Assembly: GCA_000002445.1 (NCBI GenBank)
Contig: CM000208.1
Location: 1,888,001-1,952,000, forward strand
DNA: 64,000 nt
Direction: 5' to 3'
DNA from: Trypanosoma brucei
Taxonomy: Eukaryota
The translations under genes were made by a program, and so were the position numbers. Positions 1-11,287 of this stretch are shown piece after piece (positions within the stretch are counted from its first letter, which is position 1; each line of letters opens with the position of its first letter). The notes beneath the pieces are model-generated. The model was not told where the DNA came from, did no database searches, and saw only the letters and a program-made list of their open reading frames with translations.

Positions 1-251
1 ATCAGGCGGAAATAGGAGGTGCAAGAACGAAAACTTTTTCCACGGGTAGCTAAAAACACTGAAAAAAATGATAATATGACGCAAACACAGTACGAAAAAA
101 TATTTGGTCCACGGGACACTCATCGCGCCGCGGAATGCGTGCAAACGGTGGCAGTAGCTCTAGGAAACCACCAACTTAGAGGTGAAGATACATTTCTGAA
201 CCGGCTTTTCAGGTCAGCGGGAACCATACATACTAACCGTTAACAGAGACC

Positions 252-1091
252 TCACTTGACCCACGGTGGGTGCTCGCGCGGTCGAAGAGACAACCCTCTC
301 TCCCCTCCCTGTTCCCTCACTACGCGGCAGTCACCCACGGCTCCCTCTCCGAACGGCACCCAGTTGAGGCGCCGGCAACACTCCCAGCCGACAGGCTCGA
401 CGACCGTTGTTTGGCTGTCATACGTCCACCCGCTCATATCACACATGGTGAAAGTGCAGCGGTAAAATGTTGCCCCGCGAACGTCCCACCCACTCATGCT
501 AGCACGGCAGAATGTGCAATGCGAAAAACGACCACAGCGGGCATCGACACCAACCGCATCGGTAGCCAAAAATGTGCACGAGTGAAACTGTGCCCCTATA
601 AAGCTGGACCGCCTGATATCAGTCAGGTTGAAGGTACTGTGGCTCACGAAAGCGCCACCGAGGGAGGCAGAAACGAGAGCACATCTGTTGAAACTGGCCG
701 AAAGGTTAGTGCAAGCAAAGTCGAGGGAACTAAAACACCGGCCCTCTAGGATGCTACCAATTTCAATCTCCTTTGACCTAACACTTTCTACCCTCCTACA
801 ACCACCATCCGCAGCTCTCTGCCCTCCAGTGCTCTCGCCTAAGGCTTCCAACACCGCCCCGCGCACAAGCGGCTGCACCTCCATCTCCGCCTCCAATGGA
901 AAACTTAACAACTTCGCATATGGTACCGCCGGAGATGGTGAAGCGGAGGAGGAAACACGATGCGAATCGAGATTTTTTCCAACCCTTATCATTGACGTTT
1001 CAAACGGTAGAGAAAGCAAAGCTACCTTGCGCCGAAGGTTGAGAGCGTCCAAGAGCCGGCTGATTACACCGAGAGAGAGACAACGCTCCAT
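252..1091 (-). CDS. Hypothetical protein with a pentapeptide-repeat region (F/L/I/M at every fifth residue over about 80 aa, e.g. STFNL/TDIRR/SSFIG/AQFHS/CTFLA). First gene seen of the left minus-strand array.
   Basis: 279-aa ORF. Regular 5-residue periodicity of hydrophobic residues seen directly in the translation. The overlapping plus-strand ORFs look low-complexity or antisense. No homolog recognised. Confidence 0.35.
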   Translation of the reverse strand: MERCLSLGVISRLLDALNLRRKVALLSLPFETSMIRVGKNLDSHRVSSSASPSPAVPYAKLLSFPLEAEMEVQPLVRGAVLEALGESTGGQRAADGGCRRVESVRSKEIEIGSILEGRCFSSLDFACTNLSASFNRCALVSASLGGAFVSHSTFNLTDIRRSSFIGAQFHSCTFLATDAVGVDARCGRFSHCTFCRASMSGWDVRGATFYRCTFTMCDMSGWTYDSQTTVVEPVGWECCRRLNWVPFGEGAVGDCRVVREQGGERGLSLRPREHPPWVK

Positions 1092-1783
1092 GCAACACGA
1101 CGAAAAAAATATATAGAGCTTCTCAGGACGAAGTGTACAACACTCACTCCGAAAGGAGCGGCCCGTTGGCCTAACGCTATCAAACCTTGGTAGAAAAGGG
1201 AAGGATGAAGAAGGAAGAGTGGTCTGGTGGGTAGTTCAGCTACTTAAAAGCCTCATATGTGCGGTCGCACAATTAAACTGGGATAACTAAGTCTCCACCG
1301 GAGTTACAAACGTGCTGACATACGAGAAAACTGCGAAAGAGTGCGCTTTTGGCCAACAGTATCATCGTCACCCCTACATCTCCGCTAGTTTCACTACCGA
1401 GTCCGCATCCGCAGGCTCCAACTACTTCAGCACCTAGCACCTAACACTGCAACTCCCCGTGTGTAAATAGTGGGGGGCGCATAAGAAATAAAATGGGGAA
1501 GTGTGCTAACTTAATGTTTCGACTTGGCCCATGGGTTGGTGGGAGACATGAGTACTATGTGGAGGCAAACCGTACAGCACGCCTTAGGAACCCTTCTTTG
1601 ACAATCTGTTATTGTTAATCCCTTCTCGAACGGCCCACTTCCTGTACCTAAAATCTGTCCTCTCATCCTTGCATTGTGGAAAATACAATAACCACACCCA
1701 GATACAGATAGGCATGTGCACTTTCACTGACCCGTTTCATGGTAGCCGCACTTTCCGTTCTATATAAGGAAAGAGAGTATGGG

Positions 1784-2932
1784 TTAACGAGTAGAACGCG
1801 AGCCAAAGCCCATGGGGGGTCTGCGTGCTACATAGGGTGGCTTTTTGGAGGCCGGTACATCGCCATAACTGCGAACTGCAGCGGGATCAACAGAAACGAC
1901 GAAAGGCTGATGGGGGAGTGTCCTCGCGCTGTACGCACAGGTAGCAGGCGCATAACAGGCGTGGTGTCGTGGGGGAGTGACCCTCGCGGGGGTAGTCTTC
2001 GTGGGGGTGGGTGAGCAATCCCTAATTTCTGGAAGGAACTGCCCCGTAAGCGGGGTCGCGTCCTCGGCATCTGCTGTCCGCCCCGCCGTCATGGTTGTCC
2101 CTGCACCGGTATGAAACGTAGACCCGTCAAATATATTACTAACGCCACGTGTTGCACCGTACCGTGGAGGTGAGGTGCGAGTTGCCCGCATGCCGCCCGG
2201 GCACAAGGGAGACGCTTGTGGATCGGCCAGTTGCGCTCCCTTGAGTACCTGCACCGCCTCCTTATTCAACGCACAAACCCCACGGACAAACGCTGTCCTC
2301 ATTTTCTCCTCTAAGTTCTCGCTGTGGCGCCGTTCCTCCTCTATTACCTTATTCAAAACCTCTAATTGCCCAACCAACTCAGCCTCACTACACTTCCATT
2401 GCGACTGCTCAGCCACTGCGAGTCGGTGATGCCGCCGTGCAGCCGCGAGAAGACGCCATTGCGTGTAAACATGGTAAGCACGAATGCCATTGATATGGCA
2501 TTCAATGGTTTTATACAGTTTCTTACGGTGGCGTTTCCTCAGCACCCACAATTCCCAATCGTGAAACCGCTTCTGCATCCACATCCGCCGATTCGCATTA
2601 CCCAAGCCCCCAACAAGACGAGACATAGTTTCTTTTTGTCTCTCGACTTCCCTTAATGCGCCTACAGCCGTCACCTCTATCTTGCGCCTTTCGTCGAGTA
2701 TCGCATTTTCACGGCGGACAGCCTCAGCGTGTAAAGACTCCTTGATGCTTTGGTGCTGTTGATTTACGTAACGGCCCAACATGGTTAAGATGTCCTCCCG
2801 CATTCTAGAGGTATAAACGTCAACGTTGCAGCCAACATCGTGGAGAAATCCCTCATGCTGGCCAATAGCTCCGTCCGGCATCCTCCACTGCACTGAAAAC
2901 TTAGGTGTCAGCAAAAAAAAAAAATGAGTCAA
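1784..2932 (-). CDS. Hypothetical coiled-coil protein. The true start may be the internal Met near 2881 (MPDGAIGQ...).
   Basis: 382-aa ORF on the same strand as its neighbours. Central heptad-like charged segment (EERRHSENLEEKMRTAF...). The C-terminal third is Pro/Thr/Ala-rich low complexity, so the 3' boundary is uncertain. Confidence 0.3.
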   Translation of the reverse strand: MTHFFFLLTPKFSVQWRMPDGAIGQHEGFLHDVGCNVDVYTSRMREDILTMLGRYVNQQHQSIKESLHAEAVRRENAILDERRKIEVTAVGALREVERQKETMSRLVGGLGNANRRMWMQKRFHDWELWVLRKRHRKKLYKTIECHINGIRAYHVYTQWRLLAAARRHHRLAVAEQSQWKCSEAELVGQLEVLNKVIEEERRHSENLEEKMRTAFVRGVCALNKEAVQVLKGAQLADPQASPLCPGGMRATRTSPPRYGATRGVSNIFDGSTFHTGAGTTMTAGRTADAEDATPLTGQFLPEIRDCSPTPTKTTPARVTPPRHHACYAPATCAYSARTLPHQPFVVSVDPAAVRSYGDVPASKKPPYVARRPPMGFGSRSTR

Positions 2933-3730
2933 TACGCATACAACGAAGATTAGGAAACAGTATTGGGCTGAGGAATGGAGAACAGTAGAAGGTCATCTCA
3001 ATTAACAAATGAGCGGATAAACCCACCCTTCGAGCGAGCGAGTAGAAAACAGAGGATGAAGCTAAATAGCTCCCGTCGTTCTCCACACGGATTTACACGC
3101 TAAGTGAAGCATTGCCAATGACACGCAGTTTCTACACCTACAACACCAAATATTGTAATGGTGCATACCAACCCTTTCATTCGCTCTTTTTTTTTTAACG
3201 TTCATTATTGTGTGAAAATACCCGTGGTGGTCATCAACCACCAACGGCACACCATAACCACGCATCCGACTACCTGCCTTACCGAGAATTACCCCACACC
3301 ATTTCCCCAAATCATTCCGGCCGTAGGGGGGTGCAAGACTCAATTTTTCGTGTGTGCGCTTGTTATTATTGATACCACTGCAGAGGCGCAATTTTTTTTC
3401 CGATATTATTATGCGTCACAAACAACACATAAGCTATTCTAAGCGTAATTCACGAATGTTATACCGTTTGTCGTGTGCTCCCGTCAAGAATAGGTGCGTT
3501 GGTCCTACTAACTACCACAGTGTCCGAAGGCCCGTGGGGTACGCCCGCAGAACACAAAGACACCCCGACACGTCGTCCCTCACCAGTGTCGTTCATCGTT
3601 GAAAATACCATTTTCTTGCACACCAACCCCAGTGCATGCACTCACACTGCGAAACGCCAGCCCAAACAACACTCCCATTATAGAGAGTTACCTCCAAGGG
3701 AAGGGTGGCACATGCCTGAAAATGGTGGCT

Positions 3731-6700
3731 CTACTTTGTTTCGAATAGTTCCTTTGTAGAGGGGTCTGGTTTCAACCCAATAGCCTCCTCATCCACCAGC
3801 ATAGTGCAACCTTGCTGCTCCTGCAGCTTAGCTGCTTGTTGTGGATTTAGCGAGCTTCCCTGCGTCTGAAGAGACGCCTTCCGTTGCTTCAATTCCGCAT
3901 AGTCTCGAGCGGCTAGATCTGCTCGAAGGCTTGGGTTGTTCGCTATCCGCTCGTGTGTCAGAGCTTCACGGTACAGAAGAGAGGTGCCGTAACAGAATGT
4001 CTGCCGTGACGGATCGGCAAGATGAGATTCCAGTGCGTGAATAGTTTGGTCCAATTCCCGCCTGTGCACCAGGTGCGACAACTTCTCCCGCACTTTCACC
4101 AGTTCTCGGAGAAGAACCTTCTTTTGTTTTTCATCACCTGGCAAGAGAATTTGGCAAACCCGGCGTAGTGCATCATTGATTAGTTTTTGCCCACGGTTGC
4201 GGGACGCAAGTGCGCCCTGAGTATATATGTATAGATAGGCAGGCTCATACATATCCCACATTTTCGCAACTTCCTCACAACTTTTCGGGTGGACACGGAA
4301 TGCGAAGTAAAGGTGGGTCCAGAAAAGATAAGGATCGGATCCCTCGCACTCCTGAGATCGCCACCGTAGTATTCGCTTCCGAAACACCTCATCAGCAACC
4401 CTGTCCACAGCCGCGAAGTATTCCTCCGTCTCAGGCAACTGTGCGCCTCCACGGGAACGTTGCTCCATGTTTTTCAAGAGTAACTCATTACCAGGCGAAT
4501 TTTTAACACACGACTTCACTCTGGCGGTAATGCACTCCCCAAAGGCAGGCAGATTTGCATGCACTACCGCGAGCCTGTAGGGTAACTCAGAAAAAGGCTC
4601 GATCCAATGTGGTGGCTCCTTTTCCGCAAAAAGTCTGTCAACAACGCGCTCCACATCTTTTATATGCTCTTCCACGCCGGAGCCAGGCTCATAAACCCGC
4701 ATCAGATACTTTGCCCTCGTTAGCAGAGGCGCTTTCCATGATGGCGGAAGCCGCTCAGCTGCAGTTCGGGTTGCCAAGTGGTAGAGGTTCAGACACTTTT
4801 CCCGATAGATGCGAGCGGTCTGGAAGCGACCGTTCCGGAACATTAGCTCACTGTGTTCGTAGTATAGGTCACCCAGGTGCCGCATCCAGAGATGTTCTGC
4901 AGTTTCTTGTGTCAGTGGTGCCCCTTCCAAGAAAAGCCGGGCCCGTTCAGGAAAGGGATGCACTGACGGATGTGTCTTCTTGTTCACGTTCTCCAGGCAG
5001 CGATCCGAGATGTCAAGCGCAAGAGTTATGCGGCCGCGCCGCTCATTGTACCATATGTACTCCGTTTCATCGATAACCGGATACCACCTCCTAGAGGTTC
5101 CAGAATGCCAAAGGCCCTCAGCCTTGTCCAAATGCCCAGAGATCTCCTCATAAATAGCGTTTTCACCATCAAGAAAGTCCTTCTCCTCATACTCATACGG
5201 AGGATCGGAGTCAGGAATAGGTATCTGCACAATCCCATTAGATGCTTTAGCATAGTTAGAAAACCATTCGATAGAGTCCTCAAACAGTTCTTCGGCCCTC
5301 GTACGAAAACGAGTATCAGCAAAGTCAATACACAGGCGCTGCAAATGTTTCCCCGCGTAAAAACAAAGGGCACCACGACACCACTGATAAAAGGCTTCGA
5401 CAGTAGCATCGCGTGCTGAATCACGGACCCCTTCCAGACGCATTGGACATTTAGCTCTGGCGTCGTTCACGTGTCGTTTGAGAAACTCCATATGGGTCTC
5501 GAGCTGCTCGATGCCTTGAAATTCATTCACAATGAATTCACTAAGTTCACTGTTTATCCAGTTAATAAATGGCTTTCCCAGAGGTTCGTACGCCCGGTCA
5601 CGGACCATGATGGCGTAACGCTGAGCGGGGTTGTTGCGAACCGAATCAAGCTCCAAAGAAGTCATTTCCTGTATGAAGTTCATGAAGTTGGGACCCAGAA
5701 GCTTGCATTTTGCAGAAGCACGACGAAGGATTTCGTCAGCCTCCGCCTTCACGGTCTTTCCCTCAGTTACACGGTTACCCTTGAATCTGTAGAAATCCGA
5801 CAGAAAATGTTTAGTGTGTGCTTCAAATATCATGCGGAAAATAGCCTCCAACTCCTCCGGAATCTGAGGATGATCCCCAACGTCTCCGCGACGGAAGCGG
5901 TCCATCACATCCATCAACATCCGCTCACACTTGTCCTCAGTTGTTACTTGCGTAAGGTTGCCGAACTCTGTCATGCTTTGCCGAAACGTATCACGATATG
6001 CCCTCCACGTTTTCTCCAGGTCCGCTTTGTTGAAGTCTATTGCATCCCCCTTCGCCACTCCACGGTACGGATCGGCAATAGAGTCCGATTCCCATGGAAG
6101 CGAAGGAAGAAGGATGTCCGGGTCATAGTGTACCTTCGCCTTTCGCACCCGATCCTGTCTTTCTTTGCGTAGTAAATCAGATCTTTTTGCTGATCCACCA
6201 GAAACACTATTGTCTTGTGGGCCCGCATCACCTTTTCCTGATGCCACCTCCCGGTAGAGTGGGAGGGGCTTGTAGCCCTCCACTAATTCAGGTAATGACT
6301 TCATTTTTCTCATTTTGAGCTCGTCAAAAGACGAAACACCGGCAACAGCGTCATCATTTGTAATACGAGTGTCTTCAGTCAGTTGCGGTGGATCGTAGTA
6401 TTCGTGGGTGTCAACAATCCGCCTTTCAAGGGGATCATGTGTCAAACCATATGATTGAATCATCGGCTCAGTTTCCACGAGGGTTCTGCGGTACCACTCG
6501 GGCATACCTTCCGTTTCACGACCACAGGGAACATGATACAGTTCCGTTGGGATGTCCGGTTCGGCGCCTTGCGGACGTTTTTTCACCTCAATGAACCCCG
6601 CTGGGGTTCCTTTGTGTGGCTTCCCTTCTTTAGATGCCTGTCGCTCCGTTTCGCTGCTCGTGCAAGAGGCTTCCGAGAGCTTCTCAGATTCATTGAGTTT

Positions 6701-8029
6701 ACACCCAATGACAGGAACTGCCGAACTTTCAATCTGCTCCACAATCCTTCCTGCATCACCTAACTTGGAGTCAGATGTTGTCTCCAGAGTTCTTGTGGTC
6801 CTTTCAATTTTTTCCTCCACGAGGGAGCGAAGTGCCGGACGATCATCGTACTGCTTTGAAGCCTTGTAGTGAGCTTTCATTAAAGCAGGAACAGGATCCT
6901 GTCCAGCCTGTCTTGCGATATCAGCTGTTTGCTCCAGCATTTCATTTTTGATGTTCGCATGGGCAGCAATAGCAACGCCCTGTTCCACAGTGACCCCCGT
7001 TGGGAGTGGGGCCATGTCGGCTTTCGGTAGGCCTGAAATAGGATCTAATCGCGGTGAATCAATTCCCTTGGCACACTCTAACGCTTGCCTTGCACCGTAT
7101 GCTTGAAGTTTCATTTTGGTACGAGCAACTTCCAGTGGGTCCGCGGTGCCCGAAAGGGCTTGGTAGGTCTGCTCAGGATCAAGATCAACTACCCCAGAAA
7201 CGATCCCGTTGTATACGTCAGCCATTTCCAGCTGCCGCTGCTCCTCCTCCCCCAACAGTTCATGTTCGGCCTTGAGGCTTTGGTGCACAGCATTTCGCTC
7301 TTCACCCTCGATAAGCCACATTCGATCTTTATATTTTGTATCAGCTAAATGCTTCCAAGAGGTATCGGACCAACGCTGATCCGATGGAAGAACACGACGC
7401 CTGCCGTGAGCATCATAGTGATCAAGGTAGTCCGTGTATCCCTGGGGCCAAATCATACGATCCTTCTGAATTTTAAAAGAACGATCCTTCCAATGCAGAT
7501 ACCATTCTTGCTCACGGTCAATGGGATCCTGAATGTATAAATCGAAACGATCACGGACATCTTGAACCATCTCCTCCGGTGTCGGTATTACCGTTTTCCT
7601 CCAACGTACCTCCCATGGGAGACCATCCACATCCTGTTGTCCTTGCAACATGTCACGGCGAACCTGCTGTGAACTCTTATTGGTGCGCTCACCCGGCCCG
7701 CCTTCACCAAACCGCTTTTGCATGTCACGCTCTTTTTCCATATCGGTTCGCGTGCGATCCGCCTCTGAGACGTCGGGCAAAGTAACATACTCTAGGTTGT
7801 TCAAACCAAACTGGATATGGTGAGTTAAATCAGGAGGCTCAACAACAGAAATTTGATGCCCGGTAGTAGGGTCTGCGTTCGGTTGACTTCGCCGCTGCTC
7901 ACGTGACAATCCCGCTGTGTCCCGACGTTGCACGCGGATAGTAAAAGACGGCCAGCTGTTGTCTGTTGTTGAGATCAAAAGTTCTCCAGAAGAAAAGGGC
8001 AATGATGCCCGAATTTGTAGGCGACGCAT
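3731..8029 (-). CDS. Large hypothetical protein (1432 aa), no recognisable domain. Probably kinetoplastid-specific.
   Basis: Uninterrupted 4.3 kb ORF with coding-like composition. Every plus-strand ORF inside it is short. No motif I can assign. Confidence 0.6.
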   Translation of the reverse strand: MRRLQIRASLPFSSGELLISTTDNSWPSFTIRVQRRDTAGLSREQRRSQPNADPTTGHQISVVEPPDLTHHIQFGLNNLEYVTLPDVSEADRTRTDMEKERDMQKRFGEGGPGERTNKSSQQVRRDMLQGQQDVDGLPWEVRWRKTVIPTPEEMVQDVRDRFDLYIQDPIDREQEWYLHWKDRSFKIQKDRMIWPQGYTDYLDHYDAHGRRRVLPSDQRWSDTSWKHLADTKYKDRMWLIEGEERNAVHQSLKAEHELLGEEEQRQLEMADVYNGIVSGVVDLDPEQTYQALSGTADPLEVARTKMKLQAYGARQALECAKGIDSPRLDPISGLPKADMAPLPTGVTVEQGVAIAAHANIKNEMLEQTADIARQAGQDPVPALMKAHYKASKQYDDRPALRSLVEEKIERTTRTLETTSDSKLGDAGRIVEQIESSAVPVIGCKLNESEKLSEASCTSSETERQASKEGKPHKGTPAGFIEVKKRPQGAEPDIPTELYHVPCGRETEGMPEWYRRTLVETEPMIQSYGLTHDPLERRIVDTHEYYDPPQLTEDTRITNDDAVAGVSSFDELKMRKMKSLPELVEGYKPLPLYREVASGKGDAGPQDNSVSGGSAKRSDLLRKERQDRVRKAKVHYDPDILLPSLPWESDSIADPYRGVAKGDAIDFNKADLEKTWRAYRDTFRQSMTEFGNLTQVTTEDKCERMLMDVMDRFRRGDVGDHPQIPEELEAIFRMIFEAHTKHFLSDFYRFKGNRVTEGKTVKAEADEILRRASAKCKLLGPNFMNFIQEMTSLELDSVRNNPAQRYAIMVRDRAYEPLGKPFINWINSELSEFIVNEFQGIEQLETHMEFLKRHVNDARAKCPMRLEGVRDSARDATVEAFYQWCRGALCFYAGKHLQRLCIDFADTRFRTRAEELFEDSIEWFSNYAKASNGIVQIPIPDSDPPYEYEEKDFLDGENAIYEEISGHLDKAEGLWHSGTSRRWYPVIDETEYIWYNERRGRITLALDISDRCLENVNKKTHPSVHPFPERARLFLEGAPLTQETAEHLWMRHLGDLYYEHSELMFRNGRFQTARIYREKCLNLYHLATRTAAERLPPSWKAPLLTRAKYLMRVYEPGSGVEEHIKDVERVVDRLFAEKEPPHWIEPFSELPYRLAVVHANLPAFGECITARVKSCVKNSPGNELLLKNMEQRSRGGAQLPETEEYFAAVDRVADEVFRKRILRWRSQECEGSDPYLFWTHLYFAFRVHPKSCEEVAKMWDMYEPAYLYIYTQGALASRNRGQKLINDALRRVCQILLPGDEKQKKVLLRELVKVREKLSHLVHRRELDQTIHALESHLADPSRQTFCYGTSLLYREALTHERIANNPSLRADLAARDYAELKQRKASLQTQGSSLNPQQAAKLQEQQGCTMLVDEEAIGLKPDPSTKELFETK

Positions 8030-8803
8030 TTGGGGTCTATCTGTGGAACCTTCGATCTACAATATGCTCTCCGCACCGTGTGGCCCAGCAGCACGTCTGT
8101 TCCCTCCAAGTGAAAAAATGGGGCGTAAGCGAAAGATATGAATAGGTCAAGTTGCTAAACAGAGGTATTGCTGCAATTTTCCCTTTCACTGTGGATACAG
8201 AATATTGTCTACTTGCCGACTGCCACAACTGCCTTGAAGGGGGGTGGGTATCACTGAGTCTCCAAAATGGTCCTCAACTCACTCAGTGCGCGAGTACCGA
8301 GTTTCTACATTTAATGAAATAAAGTCTGGAGTAGAGAGAATGGGTAGAGGAAGTCAATACTTCCCTACATTTTAACAAACAGCCTTAGAGGAACGATCGC
8401 ATAGGAAAAATTAATGGTAGAAGTAATAGGGAATGTGTGAGTGAGTCTGTGTAAACAGAAAATCTGCAGAAGCACAAAGAACAACACGATCCATACACCC
8501 CATCACGGTAGTGATACCTGACACGGAAAAATATATATGTAACAACAACCCGTGCCACCAGTCGTTTCGCAGAGACTCAACAACTGCAAAATCCCAACGA
8601 CAACGATGAGGGGATAAAACAAACAATTGAGTGCAGCAATACCATGCCTAACCCCACACCGAACCTGATACAGACACACACACCTTTAACAACACCGCCA
8701 TGTGGATACAGCAACCGATAGCCCGTGTGCATGCTGCTTAGCGGCGCATATACATACGCATGCACTAAGAGGAAGTCACCAATGATACACTGATTGGTAT
8801 TTG

Positions 8804-10777
8804 TTACGTTATGGAAACGGGGCGTTGTTTCCCTTTCATACTTTCTGTTCCAGCTGGTGGCATTTTCGAGCAATGATGGTGAATGCTCACCTTCTCCTTC
8901 CTAGCCGGAATTGTTTCACCGTTTACTATGCGTTTCAGCTCATCTCCTGACAACGTCTCGTGCTGCATGAGGTGCTTGGCGATAGACTCAAGTTCCTCGC
9001 GATGACTCAGCAACATCTGCTTTATTTCAGTGTACGAATTCTGCAAGAGAGTTGAAACCTCTTTCTCAATTTTGCCCTTCGTTTCATCGGACATATAGGC
9101 GCCCTCGGGGGTATCGGAAGACTCATAATCAACAAAACCGAGGTCGCCACTAAAACCGAACCGCCGCACCATATTCCTCGCAATTTTTGTAGCTTGATGG
9201 AAGTCCGAACTGGCACCCGTGGTGACGTCATCTGAGCCGAGTAGTATTTCCTCACCCACTCTTCCTGCGAGACAGACCTTCAAGCGCGCTAGGCATTGTC
9301 TCTTACTTTGGCTGTATTTGTCTTTCTCAGGTAACTGCTGCACAAGGCCCATTATGCCGTTTCCCCTTGGTACAATTGTTGCCTTGTGCACGGGCTCCGC
9401 TCCCTCTTTCTCAAGAAGTAGCGCCGCGAGTGCATGGCCCCCCTCATGGTATGCGGTCACTTTGCGCTCATCTTCTGGGATGACCTTTGCACTTTCCGCC
9501 CCCATCATCACCCGATCCTTTGCGTATTCAATATCGTTCATCGTCACAACCTGATTGTTTAGCGTGGCAGCGCGGATGGCAGCGATGTTGACCAAATTGC
9601 TCAACTCCGCCCCAGTGAATCCCGTAGTTCCTCGTGCGATGGCAGCTGCGCTAACAGAAGATTCAGCTTTAATTTTGCTAAGGTAAATTTGTAAAACTTC
9701 TTCGCGCCCTTTCATGTCTGGGGGATCAACTGATACCACAACGTCAAATCGACCTGGACGGGTGAGGGCTTTATCCAATGAATCGGGGGTGTTCGTCGCA
9801 GCGATGACGATGACAGAGTCTTTGGAATCGAACCCATCCATTTCTGCCAGAAGCTGATTCAGGGTCATTCGAGAATAAGCATGATCCGTTCCCGACCGTT
9901 TACCCCCCAATGCGTCGATTTCGTCTATAAAAATAAGCGATGGGGCACGAGCTTTGGCAGCGGCAAAAAGCTCGCGGACACGTCGAGACCCAACACCAAC
10001 AAACATTTCGTCAAACTCACTCCCCGCTGAGTAAAAAAAGCTTACATCGGCTTCCTTGGCAATAGCCTTCGCAAGCATTGTTTTCCCGCAACCAGGGGGG
10101 CCAACTAACAGCGCACCTTTAGGAAGTCTCCCCCCTAGTTTGTGGAACTTCTCAGGTTCTTTTAGAAACTCGACAATTTCCTTAAGCTCTTTTTTCGCCT
10201 CATCACACCCACGAATCGTGTCAAAAGTTACATCGAGACCGGTCAAATCCACTGGCTTGACATCAGGAGAACCAAACATCCCGATTTGCTGACCCCGAGA
10301 TATCCCTCCTATTTTCGTCACCGAATTGCCGTCTTGCATTCTCGACATCAATTCTTCGATGAGGCTTAGGGTGCAACTGGCTCCAATTCCAAATAACAAC
10401 AATAACCACAGTCGGGTTGTCCAAGTCGTTTTTTGTGGAGCCGAAACTACGACAACGGGCCGTTCCTTTGTTCCCAACTCAGGTACTCCAACACCGACGT
10501 AACCCGATGCGCCCATCCCTGAATTGAAGGGCGGGGGTACTTGTGAAACTCCTTGATGCGCATGTGGGTGGTAAAATGATTGATATCCCGAAGCGTAGGG
10601 TGGATATGGAGGCAACGGGTTCACCGGCGGTTGCGGGTACACGCTGCTATGGCGTTTCTGAGTAAAGCCACCAGGAAACACAGTCAACGCACCTGTCCCA
10701 CCACATGATGGTAATAAAGGCAGCGGCGTTGTGCGGCCACTTGGGAAAGCTGGTATGATGGGACAGCGCCGGTGCAT
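8804..10777 (-). CDS. ATP-dependent zinc metalloprotease of the FtsH family. The single predicted TM segment suggests a mitochondrial i-AAA (YME1-like) type.
   Basis: Walker A GPPGCGKT, Walker B IFIDEIDAL, SRH region (ATNTPDSLDKALTRPGRFD) and zinc-binding HEGGHA (HExxH) are all visible. One hydrophobic segment (LWLLLLFGIGASCTLSLI) sits N-terminal to the AAA module. The N-terminal extension is Pro/Tyr-rich. Confidence 0.85.
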   Translation of the reverse strand: MHRRCPIIPAFPSGRTTPLPLLPSCGGTGALTVFPGGFTQKRHSSVYPQPPVNPLPPYPPYASGYQSFYHPHAHQGVSQVPPPFNSGMGASGYVGVGVPELGTKERPVVVVSAPQKTTWTTRLWLLLLFGIGASCTLSLIEELMSRMQDGNSVTKIGGISRGQQIGMFGSPDVKPVDLTGLDVTFDTIRGCDEAKKELKEIVEFLKEPEKFHKLGGRLPKGALLVGPPGCGKTMLAKAIAKEADVSFFYSAGSEFDEMFVGVGSRRVRELFAAAKARAPSLIFIDEIDALGGKRSGTDHAYSRMTLNQLLAEMDGFDSKDSVIVIAATNTPDSLDKALTRPGRFDVVVSVDPPDMKGREEVLQIYLSKIKAESSVSAAAIARGTTGFTGAELSNLVNIAAIRAATLNNQVVTMNDIEYAKDRVMMGAESAKVIPEDERKVTAYHEGGHALAALLLEKEGAEPVHKATIVPRGNGIMGLVQQLPEKDKYSQSKRQCLARLKVCLAGRVGEEILLGSDDVTTGASSDFHQATKIARNMVRRFGFSGDLGFVDYESSDTPEGAYMSDETKGKIEKEVSTLLQNSYTEIKQMLLSHREELESIAKHLMQHETLSGDELKRIVNGETIPARKEKVSIHHHCSKMPPAGTESMKGKQRPVSIT

Positions 10778-11287
10778 AATCTTGGTTTTACAGTTATTAC
10801 TATTTTTGAAACTCTTAAAAATAAGCGGCTTTAAAAAAAGGGGGGTGCTGCGTTCTCCTCTTCGTATTATCCCTCAAAACGATCTTTTATGGAAAAGAGC
10901 GGTTATATTAAAACAAAATGGAGAAAAGGAGACAGTGAAGGAACAAACGCGAAAGTGTGGAAACAAGGGGAAAAGGAAGCGTAATCGATTTTAGAGAATA
11001 AATAACATCACTGCACCGCACAACTGCCGCTTTGATGGGAACTTTATTTCCACAACTACGTATTCCTTTTGAACCTTTGGGCACATACCCTGGTGTAAAG
11101 GGATAAAAGCCAATGCCTAATGTATGTCAGCGGACAAAGACAGCATCATAGACACTTTTAGGGGAAAAAAAAGTGCGTTACACCCTGGAAAATATCTGTG
11201 TCCTTGCATAACTTACTCAGCCCCTTCCTCCTCCCTCTTTTTGAAGGGAGCAGGAGCGCAGCCTTCTACGACTCCGCACTTCTGTGG

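Noticed and set aside
1150-1180. taacgctatca, reminiscent of the spliced-leader sequence (AACTAACGCTATTATT...).
   Set aside because: Only a 9-nt partial match. No SL exon, Sm site or tandem SL repeat structure.
4555-6172. Several 150-230 aa plus-strand ORFs inside the 1432-aa gene.
   Set aside because: They are nested antisense to an uninterrupted 4.3 kb ORF. They carry no motifs and are on the wrong strand for the array.
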